From: Octopus sinensis
Lineage: Eukaryota
DNA length: 64,000 nucleotides
Direction of reading: 5' to 3'
Assembly (NCBI RefSeq): GCF_006345805.1
Contig: NC_043014.1
Coordinates: 40,858,001-40,922,000 of the forward strand
Program-made: the position numbers and the translations under genes
The notes under the pieces: generated by a model
What the model was told of the DNA's origin: nothing
The model's database searches: none
What the model saw: only the letters and a program-made list of their open reading frames with translations
Shown here: positions 49,463-61,083 of the stretch, piece by piece
How positions within the stretch are numbered: position 1 is the first letter of the stretch
Layout: every line of letters begins with the position of its first letter

Positions 49463-49842
49463 CATCATCATCATCAAACGTCCGTTTTCCGCACTAGCAC
49501 GGGTTGGACAGTTCGACCGGGGTCTGGGAACCCAGGAGGCTGCACCAGGCTCCAGTCTGATCTGGCAGTGTTTCTACAGCTGGATGCCCTTCCTAACGCC
49601 AACCACTCCGTGAGTGTAGTGTTTGCTTTTTACGTTCCACCAGCACAGGTGCCAGGGGGTGCTGGCAGCTGCCACGATCGGTTGGTGCTTTTTACGTGCC
49701 ACTGGCACTGAAGCCAGTCATGGTGGCACTGGCATTGGCCACATTCGGATGGTGGTTTTTATGTGCCACCGGCATAGAAGCCAGTCAAGGTGGCGCTGGC
49801 ATCGGCCACGTTCGGATGGTCCTTTTTACGTGCCACCGGCAC
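49463..49842 (-). mobile_element. Family C with 5' tandem repeats
   Basis: Reverse copy with repeated TTTTACGTGCCAC units. Confidence 0.85.
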
Positions 49843-50273
49843 AGTTATCATAACTACAATTTCCATTTGATATTTATTTTGATGTTGATGTACTTGACTC
49901 AATAGGTCTCCTCAAGTACAGTTTCACCACTTATTGTTTTATATAATTACTTCTCCTGTACAAACTAAACTTTTTTGTAATCCATTTATGTATTATATCT
50001 TTAGGCCACAGTGGCGAATAAATGAATGTACTATTATTATTCTTGTTCTGAGGTAGGCATGTTTCGCTCTGCCCTCTATGAATTTTGTGGATTTTTACTA
50101 AGTGAAACTACTTAGCAAAATGTTCATTAATGTGAACCTTTTACATAAAGATATAAGAACCTAATTGCTTTTGTCAATTTTTCCTATCTAAAAGAGAAAA
50201 AAAAGAGGATTTTAACTTTTACTTATCTTCTAGTAACATAATTCTGCTATGCAGAAACACCCTAAAGTTGAAA

Positions 50274-50683
50274 TACTCTTTTACTCTTTTACTTGTTTCA
50301 GTCATTTGACTGCGGCCATGCTGGAGCACCGCCTTTAGTCAAGCAAATCGACCCCGGGACTTATTCTTTGTAAGCCCAGTACTTATTCTATCGGTCTCTT
50401 TTTTGTTGAACCGCTAAGTGACGGGGACGTAAACACACCAGCATCGGTTGTCAAGCAATGCTAGGGGGACAAACACAGACACACAAACACATACACACAC
50501 ATATATATATATACACATATATACGACAGGCTTCTTTCAGTTTCCGTCTACCAAATCCACTCACAAGGCATTGGTCGGCCCGAGGCTATAGCAGAAGACA
50601 CTTGCCCAAGGTGCCACGCAGTGGGACTGAACCTAGAACCATGTGGTTTGTAAGCAAGCTACTTACCACACAGCTACTCCTAC
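50274..50683 (-). mobile_element. SINE family A
   Basis: Full reverse copy. Confidence 0.9.
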
Positions 50684-50969
50684 ATTCTGTGTGCAAATCC
50701 TTGATGCTGAAGAGTAGGCTGTGATCACTAATCACATGCATTATATTGCAATAAATTATATCAGCCCAGATGAAGTAACAACAAAATTGAACTCAGAACA
50801 GTGTGGAATCAAATTTTTAATCTCACAAATTATCTGGTTCAGCTCTCTTCCAGCAATTTTCACTGTTATAGCAGTGGTGCAAATAACTAAAATTGTAATT
50901 ATAATTGAAATAATGGCATTGAAAAATTAATCAGTCAGAAAGTTCTGGAGTTCTTTTTTTTTTGTTTTT

Positions 50970-51160
50970 CATCATCATCATCATCATCATCATCATTTAG
51001 TGTCCGCTTTTCATGCTAGCATGGGTTGGACGGTTCAACTGGGGTCTGGGAAGCCAGAAGGCTGCACCAGGCCCAGTCTGATCTGGCAATGTTTCTACGG
51101 CTGGATGCCCTTCCTAATGCCAACCACTCCGTGAGTGTAGTGGGTGCTTTTTACGTGCTA
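50970..51160 (-). mobile_element. Family C
   Basis: Reverse copy. Confidence 0.85.
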
Positions 51161-51240
51161 CGTTTTTTTTTCTAGCTTAGCATCTTATATCTTATGTTAC
51201 TCAAATGAATATGAGTTTTATATTTAAAAACATTAGCACT

Positions 51241-51439
51241 CTCTCTCTCTTTCGGAGAGGCACTGAGCAGCTATACGCACACATACACACACGGCAGTAA
51301 CTTCCACCTACCGAATTCAATCACAAAGCTCCGGTCGGCTCGGGGCTATAGTGGAAGACACCTACCCAAAGTGCCACGCGGTGGGACTGAACCCGAAACC
51401 ATGTAGCTAGGAAGCAAGCTCCCTAACCACATAGCCACT
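51241..51439 (-). mobile_element. SINE family A' (short variant with (GA)n end)
   Basis: Reverse complement of the element at 43400-43609 (GCTCAGTGCCTCTCCGAAAGAGAGAG end). Confidence 0.85.
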
Positions 51440-52075
51440 ATTTTATTTAAATACAATCTCTAATGGCAAATCCAGTCTGAGACAAAGTTTTGTTTTAGTG
51501 CAGGAATAATTTAAATGCTGTGTTCGGAAACAATTAAAATAATTGTTTCTGATGAGGGGCACAAAACAGCTGTTCTGCTCTCCTTTATGTGTCAGGAAGT
51601 AATTGAAGGCATATAAAGTTAACAGGGTTATTCAACAGCCTTACTTTTTATTTGCTGCTCGTCAGTCAAGGAAAAAATCAATAATCCAATAATATCTTTG
51701 ATCAACCTCTTTTTAGAAACAAAATACTGAATGAAAATTTCTCTGTATTTTTATTTAGGTAATAATGAATCCGATATTTGTTTTCATCATTTGCTGGTGA
51801 TTACTGTTCAAGTTTCTAGTTTACATCTTACCATCCATTCAGTTTCCTTGGGATATTTTAATAGAAGATGTTGGTGCGAATGTTACGTCAGTTTACTGCC
51901 TTCATCGAATGTGCATTCATATGCAAAAATAACTTCAGACTGATGAGCCGGTATAGGAGCCTGTGTGTAAATCAGTTAATCTGCTATAAATAGCAGCTAA
52001 GTCCCCCTCAGGTTACACACTCTGCTGTCTTAAAAGGAGACATGTATCCAGGATAATATATACCTGTTTCTCCTC

Positions 52076-52076
<1 letters not shown>

Positions 52077-52143
<67 letters not shown>

Positions 52144-52443
52144 CTGAAGTTGTCTGTGTGTGGCACGTTTGGTAGCCTTCAACTAACACTATCTCCTCCG
52201 AGACCCTGCGGCACAAGTTGACCAAACTTGAGAGTATGATGGAAGAAGGCTTGCTCTTCATTCTGTAGAAGATAAAATTCAAATCGGACCATGTTAAGAC
52301 CCAAAATTACTTACATCAAAAAGGTGCTTTTTTTCTATGAAAATCCCTATTTCTTACAATTTTTTGACTGCTGTGTTGCCATAGAGAATAAGCTACATAA
52401 TGCAAAATTTTTACTTTTCAAAAATCCCAATTTTAAAGGGTCG
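52077..52443 (-). mobile_element. Helitron/Helentron-like element, 5'-truncated, same family as 19884
   Basis: Shared body (GTTGAAGGCTACCAAAC, GGTCCGATTTGAATTTT) and an expanded TA/GA end. Confidence 0.7.
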
Positions 52444-52445
52444 AA

Positions 52446-52481
<36 letters not shown>

Positions 52482-52835
52482 ATATCAAGTAAACAGTTTT
52501 TTGCTCAATTGAACTATCGACTCGTTGAATTGGCATGTAAATGGCTGAATATTCCATTGACACTTGTTCTATCAACATAAACCCTTCTTGCAAGTATCAT
52601 TGTATCAGTGTGACAAAGTGTATGATAAGGTTGGTCCTTTTGAATTACAAATGCAGTGCATCATATGGGCTTCTGTACAATTTTCATCTACCCAGTTACA
52701 CTCACAGGGCTTGCATTGACCTAAGGCTTTAATAACAGACTCTTGCAAAAAAATATTGAACCCTGGACCTTAATGAATTCAAAGCAAACTTTTAAAATGC
52801 TCAGCCATGCCTGCATTTTGGATACACCATGTTTC

Positions 52836-53527
52836 AACACTTTTAGCATTTAAGCTGACCATATAATATAATGAAATTATTGTATACAGTGCTCAGGTGC
52901 ACCACAACTTATCAAAAGCTAGTTAGAAAAAAATTACAGGCTCAAGTACAACTGCCATAATCCATACTGGATTTAATATATGGGTTGCATCCTACAATTA
53001 TATTTTCTAACTGTTGATCAAATTGCTATCTATGAGTGTTTTATAATAATGAAATTATTGTATACAGTGCTCAGGTGCACCACAACTTGTCAGAAAGTGC
53101 ATATAAAGCATATGCAGTAATGTACAAATGGCTGGGAAGCGAACAGTGTATGAGTCAGATACATGCTTGCGTGTGTATGGAGGGGAGAAAATCAGGTGTA
53201 GTGTTGGCAAATCTCAGGAAGCATGGAAGTTTTGAAGGATGCAGTGCTCCGACAACTAACAACTCATGCTGGCAGTTTGTTCCATGCTTCAGCAACTCTT
53301 AGTGTGAAAAATTGTGTCCGAAACTGGCCCAGATATACAACCTGTTTCACGTTGAAACCAACCTGATCCCGGCCTCTCACATCTACTCTACAATGTCATT
53401 CAAAAAATAACAATCACATCATCAAAATTTTTAAGCTACAACATAAATATAATGCATGATTAAATCAAAACAATGTGAATAAATAAGCTCTACATTTGGG
53501 AGAATAATCTGAATGCTTAAGGGTTAA
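52836..53527. mobile_element. piggyBac-like MITE with nested CR1 3' end (53046-53330, -)
   Basis: MITE left part ends at ~52862 and resumes at ~53330, ending GGGTTAA. The nested part resembles the 3' end of the 26283 CR1; its terminal 43 bp are duplicated at 52868-52910 and 53046-53088. Confidence 0.65.
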
Positions 53528-53551
53528 GTAAAAGAGGGATGATCACAACTC

Positions 53552-53978
53552 GGATCTTTTCAGTTTGAACGGCAGTTTTTAACATAGCTTGTAGGTAACT
53601 AAAACATTTTAAACTTCGTATACTGGTAGAATGTGTTTATAAAACATCTTTTTCTCTTGGCTTTATTGAGAAAATTCTGTAGTTTGTAAGATATTTGTTG
53701 TTTTTTTTTCTTCAATTTCTGCAATTTCAACCAATCAATAACCTCCATTGAGGTAAAAAACATTGTGCCGTATGACTATGTCCCTTGTTTAAGAAACAGA
53801 TTGGGTTTATTTACATTTGTGAAGAAAAAAAGATACCCTTCCCCCCTAACCCTAACTCTATCTAACCCTAACCCTAAAACAGATTGAAATGCAATAGATC
53901 GATACTAGGGTCATAATTATAGGTAACAATTTCATATGACACAGCTAGAAAAAACTGCCATTCAAACCGAAAAGATCC
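53552..53978. mobile_element. MITE with 29-bp TIRs and 8-bp TSD (Merlin-like)
   Basis: TIR GGATCTTTTC(A/G)GTTTGAA(C/T)GGCAGTTTTT; TSD CACAACTC at 53544-53551 and 53979-53986. GG-start TIR with 8-bp TSD fits Merlin better than hAT (inference). Confidence 0.8.
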
Positions 53979-54334
53979 CACAACTCTAGCATTTTTTAAT
54001 ATAGATCTGCTCTGTAGGACAAGAACAATGATATCAGGTTGTTGCTAAGTTATAAAAGCAACACCATTCCCTTGGTTATTTCATATTTTACCCTGATATA
54101 ATCATATTGGATTTCATTCTGTTGAAGTAAGGCTTAGTTTTTTTCACATAAATCGTGCTTACTGGCCATTTCTTTGTTATCTGCTTTAAGATAAGTTTAT
54201 TAAAAGAGGTAAGTTTAGAAGATTTACGATAGCTTATACAATCATATGTCATATTAGTAATGATAGCTGAATGTTAGTTAAATATCAATGAGAAAGCAAA
54301 CATATTTTCTTAGCAGTCTATATTGTCAGTAACT

Positions 54335-54678
54335 GCTGCTGAGACCCCCTTGGTCATGACTGACTGTGGGATTGCTCCTAGAAAGTTACTCTCCCAGGCA
54401 CAAGTCCGGGCAAGATTTGTTTATAGAAGGCCAGCAGTTACCCATGCATACCGGCCTCCCCTCTCCATGCCACCAGTGTTATCCAAGGGAAAGGCAAAGG
54501 GGCCGATACAGCTTGGTACCTGTGACGTCGCAACTCATTTTTACAGCTGAGTGAACTGGAGCAACATGAAATAAAGTGTCTTGCTCAAGAACACAACATG
54601 CAGCCCAGTCCAGGATTCGAACTCACAACCTCATGATCGTAAGCTTGATGCTCTAACCACTGAGCCATGCGCCTACAC
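54335..54678 (-). mobile_element. SINE family D, full length
   Basis: A and B boxes on the minus strand; 11-bp TSD TGTCAGTAACT at 54324-54334 and 54679-54689. Confidence 0.85.
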
Positions 54679-54907
54679 TGTCAGTAACTATAGTGTCAGC
54701 ATCTGTAAATTGGCACAAGTTAAATGACTTTGTGTTAGTATCTGTTGGTCAGTGAAATCATGTGACCTTTGTGTTTAAGATATTGGGTGAGTTTAATTTG
54801 TGTTCAAGATGTTGGGCGGGTTTAATTCCTGCGTTGCATGGCATGTTATATTTCATTTTGGATTTGGTTTGCAAGATTCTTTATATGAGTTCATGTGTTG
54901 AAGCATA

Positions 54908-55108
54908 TTCTGTTATGTCTGGGGAGAGTCATTTTCTTTTTGTACCTTATAATGTAATACACTCACCGGTAAAATTTCCACTTATTTCTTATTTTTATTT
55001 TCCTAAAATTTTCATTGCGTCTTGTAACCTTTTCAATAGTCTTGACTCTCAAGTGTGTTACATTATTAGGCACGAAAAAAAAATTGACTCTCCCCAGACA
55101 CAACAGAA
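54908..55108. mobile_element. MITE with 24-bp TIRs
   Basis: TTCTGTTATGTCTGGGGAGAGTCA and TGACTCTCCCCAGACACAACAGAA. Confidence 0.75.
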
Positions 55109-55810
55109 TGGCATGTTATGTCCTTGACCAAATTACTTCATTCCATGTTTTTTCTGCTCAGCTGAGTTCTGGAACAGCCTTCTCTCCCTCCAGCTATCAC
55201 ATCCTCCATGTTCCACTGGATCATTGGTGGCCGGAGGTGGTGGTGGAGGGAGGGGGGCAGAAGATGTCTAGGTCTGCTAGCAACTACATAGATACATAAA
55301 ACAATTAACAAAAGCATATTACCAAATTATATTCATGACTATGACTGGGTAAGTGCTACCAATTCACACTCAATTATGATTAGGACTTGCTGGCATATAC
55401 CATGTGTTCACTAATTACCAAGCCATCTGTTGATCAGGCTCCAATTTGTTATTGATGTACATATGGTAGTCTTGTATAGACTGCTTTGGAGGATTGGGAC
55501 TAGAAATCCACGGTAGATTCATTAATGCAGTTCAAAAGTGTTGAGAAAGCTAGTCAAGGCATCATAAATGATGCTAATAGTTTGCAGCAAGATATGTCTT
55601 TGTTGCTACTTCCATGACTTAATAGATTATGGAACATTCGTTTCTTTGATAATCATCATCTTCATCATCGTTTAACATCCGTTTTCCATGCTAGCATGGA
55701 TTGGACGGTTCAACTGGGGTCTGGGAAGCCAGGAGGCTGCACCAGGCTCCAGTCTGATCTGGCAGTGTTTCTACCTCAGGATGTCCGTGAGTGTAGAAGA
55801 CACATTATAT

Positions 55811-56103
55811 ATTCTATCAGTGTCTTTTGCCGAACTGCTAAGTTACGGTGACGTAAACACACCAGCGTCGGTTGTCAAGTGATGTTGGGGGAACAAACAC
55901 AGACACACACACACATATATATATATATATACATATATACGACGGGCTTCTTTCAGTTTCCGTCTACCAAATCCACTCACAAGGCTTTCGTTGACCCGAG
56001 GCTATAGTAGAAGTCACTTGCCCAAGGTGCCATGCTGTGGGAATGAACCTGGAACCATGTGGTTCGTAAACAAGCTACTTACCACACAGCGACTCCTACG
56101 CCT
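55811..56103 (-). mobile_element. SINE family A lacking its tail
   Basis: Reverse copy joined to a family C fragment at ~55655-55790. Confidence 0.8.
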
Positions 56104-56165
56104 ATATATATATATATCATCATCATCATCATCATCGTTTAGCGTCCGTTTTCCATGCTAGCATG

Positions 56166-56229
<64 letters not shown>

Positions 56230-57810
56230 CACAGACCTGGCTGCATGGTTAAGAAACTTACTTACCAGCCATCCTATGGGTGGATTTGGTAAACAAAATC
56301 TGAAAGACTTTCATTGTGTATATATATATGTGTGTATGTGGTGGGGATGCATTAAATGATGATTGTGATGATGTGCATGTGTGTGTGTATTTATAATTAT
56401 GTATAAACAATGTCCTTTTTTGTAAAAGCTGCGTGGTAAATAAATCAGCTAAAAGTTTCATTTACTGAAAACAAGTTGGATCTCAAAATGCTTTCTTATA
56501 TTATTATAAGTCTTGGAATTCGATTTATTTTCCAAATTTCAAACCATGAGAGATACTTTCCAACATAAACCGGATGGTCAAATGTGGAAAGTCGAGTGAT
56601 AACATTCCCCTGAAAATGATGTAATTTTTGAAGTCAAGACGGTCTCACACTTTGTTCTATAATTAGATACTCTCTTACTCATGACCACATATTCGAGTCT
56701 TTCACATTTCACTATCTTCATATTTTCAAGGTTGATAAATAGGTTCAAGTAATAACTTTAGCCTATTTGTGTCGTTATCAATTGTTAACAATTCCTGTTT
56801 TACTGGGCAGTTTGATTTCACTTACGTTTTTTTTGTTTCTTTTCTTTTTGTTTTTTTAAAAATAAATATTTGACTTTTCAAAGTTGTTGTTGTGTAGCTC
56901 CGAGTCAGTGATAGTTGAATAGATCTTTGATTAAATCTATTGAAACTATAAGCGTTCTGTCTTTTATTTATTTTCTCTAGGCAAAAGTAAACCTAGTATT
57001 ACATTATCTAATGTCTTTTAAAGACAATAAGGTGTAATTAGTAGGAGATTTTACTGCTATTTCTAACTATTTTGAGCAACATTTAGTGGCTCATGTGTTT
57101 TCAGTATTATTTCAGCATTCTAGAAATATAAAATGGCACTAAATTAGGTGTATTATTATTCCATATTTATACATGGTATTCGGTCAGTTGTCTAGCCACT
57201 TTATCGACTGGTAATGAAATCAATTAATGAAGTTCTTTTAACTTCTTTACCTTCCTTCTTCAAATTGTCTTGTATCTCCTCCGTGTCTGTCTAACTCTCA
57301 CCCTGAGGTTGCTGATTACTAATCATGGCGAGTGATGGTACATTTTCACACCAGAGAAGATTTAGCCTTCACAATTTGTTACCTAACCTGTTTCTAAATA
57401 TGAATGTTTATCTGGGTAGTCGGCTGGTTGCTGGTTTCCACAGAAGTCAGTAGTGCAACTGGTTAGATAATTCATGTCACTAAAACTTTCAGATTCTTAT
57501 CCTCCAAGAGCCATGTGGTGTATTTAGATAACAGAAACAACTTGAGAGTGATTTTTATATCTCTGATGTTACGGTATTCCTATTTTTTTTTAGACACACA
57601 CAACCACACACTAACTTACTCCCACTCTCTCCTCTCTTATGCATATACACACAGACAAATAAACAAACAAAAACACACACAAACACACACACTTTTGGGT
57701 AAATCAGTCTTATGCTACTCTGAGTTTCAACTTTGGGTGCTCAGGATCATAACTTGCTTGAAAATCTTGTGTACTCACTGTTGAAGCTCAGAGTAACAAC
57801 ATACTGTTTG

Positions 57811-58232
57811 TGGCCTTGATGTGGCAGGAACGCTTGCGTACTCTTATGATCCCTAGAGCATGTGCTAGTGGGGGACGTGTTCCCCTGATAGGTTTAACCT
57901 TACTGGTTTGGTCAAAGAGGAGGAGTCAGACTAAAGTATACACATCGGCCCTCCAGATTCGGGGGTTGTGCTATAGGCTAACACCCTATACCTTAAAAAA
58001 AAAGCACCTGTTACAGAAACCAACAACGGTTCATTTAACACTAATTCAGTTCTTGGGAGAACCAGGGTCCCGATCCAGAGACTGATGACGCGCTGTAGCC
58101 AAACCCGTCAGAAAGTTACAGGGCCGAGGGCAACCTTGAAGGGCAGTTCAAAGCTGCTCTCACAGAAGAAGCCCATCCTTCTTGGAACCTGGAATGTGAG
58201 AACACTTTGGGAGACAGGAAGGTGCGAACAAA
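57811..58232 (+). mobile_element. RTE-clade LINE 5' end (5' UTR plus start of AP endonuclease)
   Basis: ATG at 58085 gives ..KKPILLGTWNVRTLWETGRCEQ (GTWNVRT is the APE domain I motif); upstream GGGGGTTG..GGCTAACACCC motif is recalled from RTE 5' UTRs. Confidence 0.8.
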
Positions 58233-58556
58233 ATACTGACTCAACCAAAATAAAATATATTATTAATCTCTCCTTTTTTCTGAATGCTCCTTTTTCTGAC
58301 AGTTAGTAGAAAACACAGACATGAATGTGTGTGTGTGTGTATGAACGGTGTCTTCAGAACTATATTACACATGTCCTTTAGTAAGTTAGTTTGAGAGACA
58401 GTTTTAGCTGTTATTTTGAGCAAGTCAAGTGACTACATAGAGGCTCACTCATTATCTTGTCCAGCATCAGTGCATTTGAACAACTCAGTTCATAAAATTG
58501 CAAGTTACTTCTCTGAGAGGTAGTTTGTAGTCTAACTCGAAAACTAAATTCTGAAA

Positions 58557-59076
58557 CATTATTTACATTGACGGATATTTGTCCTCATCTTGTTTCTTGT
58601 TTACACAACGTTTCAGCTGATATACCCTCCAGCCTACATTAGGTGTCTTGGGGAAATTTCGAACTTGGGTTCTCATTCCTAAGGTATTTTTCGAGGTTAT
58701 TATTATTATTATCATTACTATTATTATTCAGGTTGCTGCCTGGAATTGAACTCAGAATCTTGGGCTTAGTAGCCGGGGCTCTTAATCACTACACCATATG
58801 GCATAGTGGTTAAGAGCCCAGGCTACTAACCCCAAGATTCCGAGTTTGATTCCAGGCAGTGACCTGAATAATAATAATTATTATTATTATTATAATAACA
58901 ACAACATTGAAAAATACCTTAGGAATGAAAACCCAGGTTCAGAATTTCCTCAAGACACCTGATGAAGGCTGGAGGTTATATCAGCTGAAATGTGTTAACA
59001 ACAAACAAGATGAGGACAAATATCTGTCAACTGTAAATAATGTAAATGTACATAATTCCTCATCTCTTAAATATAG
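58557..59076. mobile_element. Head-to-head palindromic dimer of a tRNA-headed short element with hammerhead-bearing tail
   Basis: Symmetry centre CCAT|ATGG at 58797/58798; 15-bp direct repeat AACTAAATTCTGAAA at 58542-58556 and 59077-59091. Confidence 0.85.
58954..58996 (+). ncRNA. Minimal type I hammerhead ribozyme motif (decayed; mirror copy 58602-58647, -)
   Basis: GACAC-CTGATGA-A-GGCTG..CAGCT-GAAA here; the mirror copy retains GAAAC-GTT-GTGT. The two together give a complete core with stem I GACAC/GTGTT. Confidence 0.6.
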
Positions 59077-59177
59077 AACTAAATTCTGAAAGTGTTTGTG
59101 TATAAAGCTCTCTATTTTTAAATGATTTTATTGAACTGCTTTTATATATATTTATTCAATCTCACCATTGTTTTCAG

Positions 59178-59318
59178 ATTTTCAAATTGCTGAACCCTCG
59201 TTTGATAATGTCAGGACATACCCATCATGGCTGTTACAGAGTCCACAGTGATGGCACCCCAGAATGGACAGTGGCATCATTTAGCTGGAGGAATAAGAAA
59301 GCGCCTACATTTCTTCTG
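59178..59318 (+). CDS. MPPE1: Metallophosphoesterase 1, exon F
   Basis: Acceptor ttttcAG, donor GTttat; 141 nt, phase 0/0. Encodes IFKLLNPRLIMSGHTHHGCYRVHSDGTPEWTVASFSWRNKKAPTFLL with the SGHTH and SFSWRN motifs. Confidence 0.96.
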
Positions 59319-59370
59319 GTTTATATGATTTTTTAAAAAATTTTGCTTTTTGACAGTATTTTTATTGTGT

Positions 59371-60014
59371 ACTAGCAGTAATACCCGTCGTTCATCAGAT
59401 AATTACTTTTACTCTTTCTCAGGAGTCACATTCAAAGTATTATTATATATATAATAGATTTCTCAACGGGGATTTCAGGGGAGAGTTTCAGGGAGTCGCT
59501 GGCGATGTATCGTGATGATCAAAAATCCGGCCTGCTAAAATTTGGTTAAAGTGATTCAAACTGCAGACTCAACGCAAAATGGTCACATTCAATTCAAAGC
59601 GTTAAAAATGTTATAAAAACAATTGGTATGTGTTCACAAAGTCCAAATGATTAATACGAAAAAACCCTGCCGGCTACATCCCGAAAATTCATTTCTTTGC
59701 GGAATTTCTACAATGTTTACGGCGATTCGTTTTTATATATTGTTTTTTTTTATTTTTCATGCAATTTACGCATGCTTGCATGCTTGGTGAACGCAGTTCA
59801 CGTTAAACAGCTGACTGAGTAAAGTTCACTATTCAATGCATGGGATAAGGCCTAAACAAACACATTATCGATTTTTGCACTTGCGAGATGAATTTCGGAA
59901 CAGAAATAGCGCAGTTCAATTTTCATTCGCCTAAACTTTAAGTGACCCATTTTTGGTGGTTCTACGATTTGTTGGCTAGGAGGAGATGTGCCAGGAAGTT
60001 ACACACACAAGTTG

Positions 60015-60055
<41 letters not shown>

Positions 60056-60065
60056 TATATGAGAT
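59371..60065 (+). mobile_element. Probable Helitron/Helentron-like element, CpG-rich
   Basis: ACTAGCAGTAATACCCGTCGTT start 52 bp after exon F; ends acacacacaag..(TA)nGAT; visibly CpG-rich interior. Confidence 0.45.
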
Positions 60066-60179
60066 TACTATAGTGAAGCACTTTTCCTTTTATTGACATT
60101 TCTATTCTATGCATTATTGAATATTCAAGGTTAAAATATTTTCTTCCTAGAAAGTTTATTAAGTCAGCCTTTGTGCCAA

Positions 60180-60425
60180 TGCCACATAAAAAGCCAGTGC
60201 TACATAAAGCCATTCATGCAGTGCCACATTAAAAGTACCCAACACACTCCGTAAAGTGGTTGGCACTGGGAAAGACATCCAGCCATAGAAACCATTTCAA
60301 GTCAGACCGGAACAGGGTGCAGCTCTCTGGCTTGCAATCTCTGGTCAAACCATCCGACCCATGCCAGCATAGAAAATGGATGTTAAATGGTGATAATGAT
60401 GATGATGATGATGATGATGATGACT
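60180..60425 (+). mobile_element. Family C (diverged)
   Basis: Repeat-rich 5' part, GGAAAGACATCCAGC, (GAT)n tail. Confidence 0.7.
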
Positions 60426-60477
60426 TGAATGAAAATGAAAATATCAATGTAGATCATTGAAAGGTTATCATAATACC

Positions 60478-60863
60478 GTGGAGGCACAATGGCCCAGTGG
60501 TTAGGGCAGCGGACTCGCGATCATAGGATCACGGTTTCGATTCCCAGACCGGGCGTTGTGAGTGTTTATTGAGCGAAAACACCTAAAGTTCCACGACGCT
60601 CCGGCAGGGGATGGTGGTGGTCCCTGCTGTACTCTTTCACCACAACTTTCTCTCACTCTTACTTCCCGTTTCTGTTGTACTTGTATTTCAAAGGGCCGGC
60701 CTTGTCACTCTCTGTGTCACGCTGAATATCCCCGAGAACTACGTTAAAGGTACACGTGTCTGTGGAGTGCTCAGCCACTTACACGTTAATTTCACGAGCA
60801 GGCTGTTCCGTTGATCGGATCAACCGGAACCCTCGTCATCGTAACCGACGGAGTGCTTCCATC
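60478..60863 (+). mobile_element. tRNA-derived SINE family E, full length
   Basis: TGGCCCAGTGG A box, GGTTTCGATTCC B box; 12-bp TSD TATCATAATACC at 60466-60477 and 60864-60875. Confidence 0.88.
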
Positions 60864-61083
60864 TATCATAATACCCATACCAATAGATATCCAAGTCAAA
60901 TGTAGAACTCCGGAAATTCCTCTTGAGGTTTTTAGATTCTAATTAAACATTATTCTACAAACTTAGGTTTTAATGAATTTATAAATTCTTGCAAGTGTAA
61001 TTAATTAATGATATTACTATGCAAATCTCCATTTTTTTCTCATCAACAGACACACAGTTTACACCATGCTAATTCAACAGACA

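Noticed and set aside
51940-51965. CTGATGA followed by GC-rich sequence
   Set aside because: No GAAA core downstream and no closing stems.
60478-60555. tRNA genes at SINE heads (also 17577, 39477, 58800)
   Set aside because: A and B boxes are present but there is no closed acceptor stem or consistent cloverleaf, and each continues into a repeat body.
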